Shown here: positions 39,472 to 46,368 of the stretch, in pieces
Position numbering within the stretch: the first letter of the stretch is position 1
How the letters are laid out: each line of letters begins with the position of its first letter
Virus record (IMG/VR): IMGVR_UViG_3300009130_001466
Location: 48,802 to 112,801 of that record
Reading direction: 5' to 3' (one strand)
Origin: a virus
Length of the DNA: 64,000 nucleotides
Translations under genes and position numbers: made by a program
The notes under the pieces: model-generated
Database searches by the model: none
The model's input: only the letters and a program-made list of their open reading frames with translations
What the model was told of the DNA's origin: nothing

Positions 39472-39639
39472 CAGAGGTTCCCGAAATTCATTTCGGGAAC
39501 ATACATAACTGCTTGATCATTAGATATATACGCTATTTGTCTTGTATTTGCGTTCGATTTGCGTTCGATTTGATTTGGCGCTATTTTTTTTCAAAAAAGG
39601 GTTGACTAATGCCCAAAACAATACATAATGTAAAACATA

Positions 39640-40068
39640 ATCGTTCTTTAACATTTTACAATTTAGACAAGCGAGTCCTAGAAGCTGGTAGATGAAATTG
39701 CTTTAGTAGGCTACCAAGGTTAAGCAAATCGTTTGTCTCTTATCTAACTCGAAGAAAGCCAGGTAAACAGCCGAGCATGGGGATCTGCTGGCAATGCGTC
39801 GAGGACAGCGTGGGGGTGCGTTGATAAGATTGATTAGTTAAACACCCTCAAGATTTAACCTCGCTTGGATGACGTCTGCCTTAGAAGGGCATCCCCAAGC
39901 CAACTGGATTCGCAAATAGCGAAGAGGGAGTTGCCACTGCTCTGAGGTTTTAACATTTTAAGCGGAGAATTTGAACGCTCGACCTAAACGCCTAAAGGGT
40001 TCACCCAAGCGGAAATGAGTCGAAAGACCGAGAGCGCCAACCAATTGAAACAGGTTATATCCGCACCA
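39640..40068 (+). ncRNA. boxA-led multi-domain non-coding transcript ending in a CCA acceptor-like stem
   Basis: Promoter TTGACT(39602)/CATAAT, boxA CGTTCTTTAACA, four helix-closed domains, no ORF. Confidence 0.65.
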
Positions 40069-40153
40069 ATCTAAAAAAACTATTGACAAAGCTCAACTTT
40101 TGTGATTTAATATAATCTTAACAATCGAAAATCCAAAACGGAGAAAAGAAAAC

Positions 40154-40405
40154 ATGAAAAACCTAAAACTAAATCCAATCCAAAAAACTCGCCTTGCTAT
40201 TCGTCGCGCTTTCGCTAAGAATAATATGGCTCAAATCACCTACAAGAAAAAGTCTGATGAGACTGTTGGCTCTTATGTCATTGACATGAATTTCATTGAA
40301 GACTTGGGCGATATGTTCAACACCTATTCTTACGCCACTGGCGCGAAGCACAGCGGCATCCGCTCCTTCTATAAAAACCGAATCGAAAAAATTAAACTTG
40401 TGTAG
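40154..40405 (+). CDS. WYL-like/SH3-fold small protein
   Basis: ITYKKKSDE...GIRSFYKNRI. Confidence 0.55.
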   Translation: MKNLKLNPIQKTRLAIRRAFAKNNMAQITYKKKSDETVGSYVIDMNFIEDLGDMFNTYSYATGAKHSGIRSFYKNRIEKIKLV

Positions 40406-40559
40406 CGTGATTGGTTAACGTGTGTGTGCCGCCTCGTCTTGTGGTTAGGGCGAGGCGGCTTAAATTTCTTTTGTTGTAGTCGTGTGCAACGTGTGTGTGC
40501 CGTCTTACCTTTTGTGTATGGGGTAAGGCGGCTTTTCGCTATATGGATCAAGAGTTCTG

Positions 40560-40634
40560 TAAGTCCTTGATGGTCAACGATTTACGCGGCGGGGGCCAGC
40601 GCAGACCCGCAAGTGCTTGATAATCAACAACTTA
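40560..40634. repeat. 75-bp double-palindrome element, copy 6
   Basis: Boxes at 40560 and 40610. Confidence 0.95.
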
Positions 40635-40706
40635 CGAATTCAAATAAATTTAAATAAATTTTTAAAAAGGGTTGACTCGTCGAATTAAATAATACATTAT
40701 ACTAAT

Positions 40707-40997
40707 ATGAAAATGACAAAAACAACTACAGAAAACCTCACCCTTGAAAACTCATTCGGAACAATCCGCGAAGAAAATGGAGTCCAGATGAATATATCCG
40801 TGCATGTCCAGCCAAACAAAAATTATGGTTCGTTTGAAATGTATGACGAAGAAACTGGAGGTGAAGAATGGTATGCCGAAGGAGGTCTTTGGTTTGAGGG
40901 CAAGGAACTGGTTGACTACGATGGAGTTTTTGCTCTATCTCCGTCAATTATTCAAATCTTAGAAGACAAAGGTTATGATGCTTCTTATGCAAAGTAA
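40707..40997 (+). CDS. hypothetical early protein
   Basis: Leaderless; GGLWFEGKELVDYDGVFAL. Confidence 0.7.
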   Translation: MKMTKTTTENLTLENSFGTIREENGVQMNISVHVQPNKNYGSFEMYDEETGGEEWYAEGGLWFEGKELVDYDGVFALSPSIIQILEDKGYDASYAK

Positions 40998-41035
40998 TAC
41001 TTGACTAATCACAAAAAATAATACATCATATCAAC

Positions 41036-41377
41036 ATGAAGAAAATAACCTTATCACTACACCGCAGCGAAGATGAACCTTTTGTTCAGAAATGGGAGGT
41101 CGCTCGCAAATGTGTTTTTGCTGTTCGGCTGAACGTAGAGCATATCGAATATCCACATATTCCGTCAAAGCTTGCTGAGCTTTTGTTTCACGTTACTAAC
41201 GCGCCGACCGAGCTTATCACTAAAACACACGAAAAAATTCTTTTGGCTCTGTGGGAAAACTGCTCGGACAAGAGAACCTTTCACTCTACAAGTGTCGGAG
41301 ATGTCGTTAAGATCTGTGATTGTAACGGACACCCAACAACTTTAATGTGCAAATCAGTTGGATGGGAGGAGCTATAA
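41036..41377 (+). CDS. YodL-like domain protein
   Basis: LFHVTN...HSTSVGDVV...SVGW. Confidence 0.55.
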   Translation: MKKITLSLHRSEDEPFVQKWEVARKCVFAVRLNVEHIEYPHIPSKLAELLFHVTNAPTELITKTHEKILLALWENCSDKRTFHSTSVGDVVKICDCNGHPTTLMCKSVGWEEL

Positions 41378-41557
41378 TGACAATCGATCAAATAAATTCA
41401 TACTGCTACGAACATTACGAAGACGGCGGCGATATTGTAGTAGAGTGCATGGAAGATGAAGAGAAGCTCAAACGTTTTGAAACTTTGGAAGACCTCAGAC
41501 AATACATTGAGATACGCCAAGAGCATCGCCGAGAAATTGAATCAACCATTTGGTAAT

Positions 41558-41905
41558 ATGAAAGTAAGAGTATACAGAAACCTGCACAAAAAATGTTTTT
41601 CGGTTCAAGAGAAGACAGAAAAAGGCTGGCGAGTCAAACGCCACGCCACTTCTATCGTGCTTAAAAACGCCTCGTTTCGTGTTTCTGAAGCTGGACGCAA
41701 AAGAGTGTTAAAAGAAAAAAGAAAAAATGTTCACGCTTTTATAGAGGGCTATGAAATAAAAAACAGCACACAAAAACACAAGTGCGAAGTTTGTGTTAGC
41801 TACAATCCTTACAAGTGTGACCACTTTGAAACTAACTCCCACGATCCAGTTTTTTTTGCTCGACTCGCTCATGTTAATCTCTCAGGGTGCAAAATCCATA
41901 AGTAG
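41558..41905 (+). CDS. conserved phage protein of unknown function
   Basis: MKVRVYRNLHKKCFSV...VSEAGRKRVLKEKRKNVHAF. Confidence 0.7.
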   Translation: MKVRVYRNLHKKCFSVQEKTEKGWRVKRHATSIVLKNASFRVSEAGRKRVLKEKRKNVHAFIEGYEIKNSTQKHKCEVCVSYNPYKCDHFETNSHDPVFFARLAHVNLSGCKIHK

Positions 41906-41973
41906 TTGATATTCAACGACTTACGCGGCCGCGGCCGCCCCCGCGTCGTAAGTCCTTGATATTCAACGACTTA
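41899..41973. repeat. 75-bp double-palindrome element, copy 7
   Basis: Boxes at 41899 and 41949. Confidence 0.95.
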
Positions 41974-42123
41974 CGCAACTTTGACTGCTCTGGGGCTCAA
42001 GTTCCGTGCCAACTTTTTTTCTAATTATTTTTTTATTTTTTTGGTAAACGCTTGACACCACATTGATTTTCTCATATGATGTAATCTCACAATTAAATAA
42101 TAATACTATATAAAGTTAATACT

Positions 42124-42924
42124 ATGAACATCGAAAATACACACCCTGCAAATCAAGAACTCCTTCGCCTTAACGTGTGCGAATCAAAACAGTGCGACTT
42201 CTCTAAGGTTCAAGCTGTCTCTACTCCCGACGCTTCTGATCGTTGGACTCCTATCGCTCACGATGCTTTGGTTGGTCAATTCCGCGAGTCTATCGGCAAC
42301 ACTGATCTTGAGATCGTGAATGAGCATCACGCGTTGCACCGCTATGGTCAACGCTACTTTGGCTTGTTCCAAGTCAAGGGCGTAGGTCGCAAGCATGGCG
42401 ATGACGTTGGCACTGTTATGTGTCTTCGCAATTCTCACGATAAGGCTTTCCGCGCTGGCATCTCTGCTGGTGATGCGCCTTTCGTTTGCTCCAACTTGAT
42501 CTTCTCTAACGAGATCGTGCTTGGTCGCCGCCATACTACTCACATCATGCGCGACTTACCGCAAATCATTTCACGTGCGATTGGTCAACTTATGGAGTCT
42601 TGGATTACTACGGACAACCGCATTGACTCCTACAAGTCAACCGAGATTGATGATCGTGTGGCTCACGACTTAATCCTGCGCGGCTTTCAAGCTGGCGCGT
42701 GTGGCAAGACGCAAATTGCTGACATCTTCACACAGTGGCACAAGCCCGAACATGAGAACTTTGAGGGTCGCGACCTTTGGAGTCTTCAAAACGCCTTCAC
42801 GAACGTGTGGAGGGGCAACACGCTCAACACGGCGAACCGCTCAAGCTCGCTCTACTCCGTGCTTGACACCTTCGCGGCTCACGCCAAACCAGTTGAGGGC
42901 GAATTAGTTCTCAACGCTTCCTAA
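42124..42924 (+). CDS. DUF932-family protein
   Basis: PIAH, LRNSHD, FVCSNL, RRHT, LWSLQNAFT. Confidence 0.75.
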   Translation: MNIENTHPANQELLRLNVCESKQCDFSKVQAVSTPDASDRWTPIAHDALVGQFRESIGNTDLEIVNEHHALHRYGQRYFGLFQVKGVGRKHGDDVGTVMCLRNSHDKAFRAGISAGDAPFVCSNLIFSNEIVLGRRHTTHIMRDLPQIISRAIGQLMESWITTDNRIDSYKSTEIDDRVAHDLILRGFQAGACGKTQIADIFTQWHKPEHENFEGRDLWSLQNAFTNVWRGNTLNTANRSSSLYSVLDTFAAHAKPVEGELVLNAS

Positions 42925-42978
42925 CGGCTCTCGCCTCACCCTTCGGGGTGGGGCTTTTCTTTTTCTGCTTGACATTCG

Positions 42979-43053
42979 TAAGTGCTTGATAATCAACGAC
43001 TTACGCGGCCGCGGCCGCCCCCGCGTCGCAAGTCCTTGGTATTCAACGACTTA
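42979..43053. repeat. 75-bp double-palindrome element, copy 8
   Basis: Boxes at 42979 and 43029; core identical to copy 7. Confidence 0.95.
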
Positions 43054-43180
43054 CGCAACTTCTTTCACGCGCTGGTCGCTGAGCTTGTCAAGTCTTTTCT
43101 TTAGGTTTTTTTTGAAAAGTTTTTTTAATTTATTTTAAATATCGCTTGACTTGCGCGACAAATTCTCAGATAATGCTTTT

Positions 43181-43888
43181 ATGACTAAACTACTAAACAA
43201 CGGAAACTCGAAAACAATCAAAGGCGAAAAACTTGGATGGACTACTTTTGGTCTACACCTTGCGCCTTTTAACTTGGCTGGCAAAAATGTTTGCGCCCAT
43301 GCTTCGGCTGGATGCGCTGCTGCTTGTCTCAACACTGCTGGACGCGGCGCGATGTCGAATGTGCAAAAATCTCGCATTGCAAAAACACAAAAATTCTTTG
43401 CCGATAAAAATGCTTTCGTATGGCAACTTGCTAAAGAGATTAGCAACGCTGTTAAACTTTCCGCAAAAAAAGACATGAAGCCATGCTTTCGTCTCAATCT
43501 TACAAGCGATCTGCCTTGGGAAAACATAAAAGTTGAATCGCACGGAAAAAAGCTTTCGCTTATGGAGATGTATCCCGATGTGCAGTTTTACGATTATACC
43601 AAGTCTTTTCCGCGTATGCAAAAATATCTAAAAGGTGAAATGCCAAGCAACTATCATCTTACCTTTTCGCGTAGTGAATGTAATGACAACTTAGTTGACT
43701 TGGTTCTCAAGCTTGGCGGAAATGTCGCGGCAGTCTTTCGCAATGAGTTTCCTAAGTCTTGGAAGTCTGTGGAAGTTGTCAACGGTGACGAAACAGACTT
43801 GCGTTTTTTAGATGCGCAAAATAAAATTGTTGGACTTGTGCAAAAAGGACTTGCCAAGAAGGACGAAACAGGCTTTGTTATAGGCTAG
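43181..43888 (+). CDS. Gp88-like phage protein (radical-SAM-like Cys cluster)
   Basis: NSKTIK, CAHASAGCAAACL, RLNLTSD, FYDYTK, GDETDLRFLD. Confidence 0.75.
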   Translation: MTKLLNNGNSKTIKGEKLGWTTFGLHLAPFNLAGKNVCAHASAGCAAACLNTAGRGAMSNVQKSRIAKTQKFFADKNAFVWQLAKEISNAVKLSAKKDMKPCFRLNLTSDLPWENIKVESHGKKLSLMEMYPDVQFYDYTKSFPRMQKYLKGEMPSNYHLTFSRSECNDNLVDLVLKLGGNVAAVFRNEFPKSWKSVEVVNGDETDLRFLDAQNKIVGLVQKGLAKKDETGFVIG

Positions 43889-44104
43889 TAAATGATAATA
43901 ATTCTAACCCTCTTAATCTTCTTAATGATAACACTCAACCATGAATCCTACTGAACGATATAATCTAATCAAAAAAATCTGTGAAAGCAAAAATCAAATC
44001 AACTCGCACGGGCAACTGCCCACGACCGAAACCGACTTGCAAGACGAATTCTTACGCTTCCAAACTAGCGTCGAACCTCTTGCAACTAAACAAGACTCAA
44101 GGCT

Positions 44105-44248
44105 ATGGCAAAAAAGTTTCTTCCAAAACTTAGTCTTCGGCAGTTAGAAAAAACCGTTAGGAAAGGGTTAGGCTTAATGCCTTCCCGCCCCTTTCGCGAC
44201 CGCTCGAAATACAACCGCAAAAACAAACACAAAAAAACGTTAGACTAA
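44105..44248 (+). CDS. small basic protein with an ArfA-like C-terminal motif
   Basis: Not in the track. ...PSRPFRDRSKYNRKNKHKK. Confidence 0.5.
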   Translation: MAKKFLPKLSLRQLEKTVRKGLGLMPSRPFRDRSKYNRKNKHKKTLD

Positions 44249-44423
44249 AATGAACTACAGTAAAAAATTCGGCTTCTATAATCCTAAAACTAAAATTGCT
44301 CAAGTGTATGACGGCTCCAAGCGCACTCCAACTAATACCGTTGTAAATGGTAAGGTTGGCTTTAGCATACCAAAAATTTTTGTCGGTAAATGCTCGCGAG
44401 CGCAGTTTGATAAACTGATCTCA

Positions 44424-44542
44424 TAAGCGCTTGAGCTTCAACGACTTAGGGATCGGCTAGAATTCCCTAAGTCGCTGGTAGTCAACGACTTACGCGGCGG
44501 GGGCCGCCCCCGCGTCGTAAGTGCTTGATATAGAACGACTTA
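44424..44542. repeat. element copy 9 with an extra upstream box (three boxes)
   Basis: Boxes at 44424, 44468 and 44518. Confidence 0.95.
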
Positions 44543-44816
44543 CGCAACTTGCTCGCAGGAGACAGAGCGGGCTTTTTTTAAAAATAATAGTTGACAGAAC
44601 CATTTTTTTCGTTAGACTGTAGTCATGATAATCAAAAAAGATGACCTCCTCCGCCCCACTCGCAACCACGCTCGCACCGTCAAGGTAATGTTTACCTACT
44701 CTTGTGGGAAACTCGCCATGATCTACTGCCCTACTGTTGGGCGTGGCGATGTCAGGCACATCGACCTCTACGAAGGTTGGGCTATCGAGCGTGACGGGAA
44801 TCACGTCGGGACTGTG

Positions 44817-44891
44817 TAAGTCCTTGCTAGCCAACGACTTGTGGGGCGGGGGCCGCCCGCGACGCGCAACTCCTTGATATACAACAACTTA
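44817..44891. repeat. 75-bp double-palindrome element, copy 10
   Basis: Boxes at 44817 and 44867; the first TAA is the stop of ORF 44625..44819. Confidence 0.9.
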
Positions 44892-45092
44892 CAAAACTTC
44901 AGTCTCAATATAGTCTCATTTAATTTTTTTGGTTTGGTATATTATTAAGTCTTTATTTGGTTTGGTATAGATTCCCACTCATATTTGGTATAATACAAAT
45001 TGTCAAGCTTATTTGGTTACTATATAATTCGGCACGAAAAAGCCGCCACTCCCGAAGGAATGACGGCTCAACACACAACACGCTATGAAATA

Positions 45093-46025
45093 CTACATAT
45101 CTTTTAATATGTTTACACCTTTGCCGCTTATCTCACGCTGACCATTGATCTTCATTAGACCACGCTTGAGAAGATAGAGTTCTGCTTCTTTCTGGATTGC
45201 TGTGCGACTCATACCTGTAACGGCTGAGAGCATCTGAAGTGAGCAGTTGCCACGCTCCTTGAGGATGCTGAGAATCTCAAGCTCAATGTTGGACAACCCA
45301 AGAGGCTTGATACCCAAGGTGTGAGACATCTTCTCCCAATCCTTTTTGGAATAGTCCTTGTTATTCACAGACTCGCAGTAGAGCATGATCTCTTTGGAAC
45401 GCTTGACTGCTGAACGAGCGTTGCCCCTTGTAGTCTCAGCAATCTCTGTGAGAATCCCATCCTCAAACTCAATCTCGCCACAAACCAAATCAATAATTTC
45501 AGATAGCTCGTCAACTGTATAAGGCTTGAAGTCTACGATAGTGAGGCGATCCTTGAAGGGAGCAAACAACTTATCCATCTCAGTAGTAGCGAAGATGAAA
45601 TTTTGTTGGGCAAAATCAAAAGCAAAAATCTGTTCGCCATGATGATACTCTTTGAAGTTGCTCTTCTCTGTGTTGAATACAGTAAGGAAGGCGTTAACCA
45701 AATCCTTGGGAAGCATGTGCGCCTCGTCCAATAGGATGGTAATCTCGTTGTGCATCACAATGGGCAAGAAGATTTGCTCAAAGAAAGCATTAGCATTTTT
45801 AATAGTGGAGCAGTTGATCTCAAGGAATGGACGTTGACTGCCATCCTTGTTCTTGAGATTGGAAGCATACTCCTTAGCGAACTCAGTCTTACCCAAGCCC
45901 TTTGCCCCACTCAACATAAGAAATGGTGCGACTCCAGTAGAATTTTGTGCTTTAGCGTAAAAGGAAAGCTGACGCTTTACCTCGTCTTGACCGATTAGGT
46001 TTTTGAACATAGTTTTAGTAATCAT
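45093..46025 (-). CDS. ruvB: RuvB-like Holliday junction branch-migration AAA+ ATPase
   Basis: LIGQ, GAKGLGKT, LLDEAH, ATT...PFKDR, RGNAR, C-terminal winged helix E.YL...GL. Confidence 0.85.
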   Translation of the reverse strand: MITKTMFKNLIGQDEVKRQLSFYAKAQNSTGVAPFLMLSGAKGLGKTEFAKEYASNLKNKDGSQRPFLEINCSTIKNANAFFEQIFLPIVMHNEITILLDEAHMLPKDLVNAFLTVFNTEKSNFKEYHHGEQIFAFDFAQQNFIFATTEMDKLFAPFKDRLTIVDFKPYTVDELSEIIDLVCGEIEFEDGILTEIAETTRGNARSAVKRSKEIMLYCESVNNKDYSKKDWEKMSHTLGIKPLGLSNIELEILSILKERGNCSLQMLSAVTGMSRTAIQKEAELYLLKRGLMKINGQREISGKGVNILKDM

Positions 46026-46113
46026 AGGACTTTCAGTATGTGGATTTTTGTGGTTGTGTCAATCCTTTTGTGCAAAGTTTTTTAAAATTAGTTTCTCTGT
46101 GTTTCCCATGATA

Positions 46114-46368
46114 TTACTTATGTAGAGTGAATGAGATTTTTTGTTCGGCTTCTGGCTCTGGGGCTACTGTTGATACAGGAGCAGGTACAGTGTCCTCAAT
46201 TGATGCACCCATACGCTCAAGCCACACACGACTTACTGGAATACCTGTTGCTGAACCGCAAAACTTTTCTAGTTCGGTTAAGGTGATGTTGACGAAGGAA
46301 GTTGCACCCTTCTTGCGACCACTACCTGTCTTACGAGGAGTGCCATCTTTGTTTAATGTTTTTTTCAT
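46114..46368 (-). CDS. small basic putative DNA-binding protein
   Basis: AT-hook-like GTPRKTGSGRKKG. Confidence 0.5.
   Translation of the reverse strand: MKKTLNKDGTPRKTGSGRKKGATSFVNITLTELEKFCGSATGIPVSRVWLERMGASIEDTVPAPVSTVAPEPEAEQKISFTLHK

Noticed and set aside
39738-39830. SAM-I riboswitch (CTTATC...GATAAG P1)
   Set aside because: Lacks the AAGAG/GAGGGA kink-turn and GCAACC core, and there is no downstream ORF to regulate.
40010-40040. Hammerhead ribozyme at ATGAGTCGAAAGAC
   Set aside because: No CTGATGA core and no GAAA after stem II.
40435-40470. Pistol ribozyme (GTGGTTAGGGC resemblance)
   Set aside because: The sequence is the loop of a terminator-like hairpin, and the downstream CCCTAA pseudoknot partner is absent.
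36281-44891. CRISPR array interpretation of the 25-bp boxes
   Set aside because: Boxes come in pairs separated by whole genes, the 25-bp cores are related to each other rather than unique spacers, and no cas genes are present.
36281-44891. Canonical integron attC sites or REP elements
   Set aside because: No RYYYAAC/GTTRRRY core sites, and no IntI or RAYT in the window; only the architecture is analogous.
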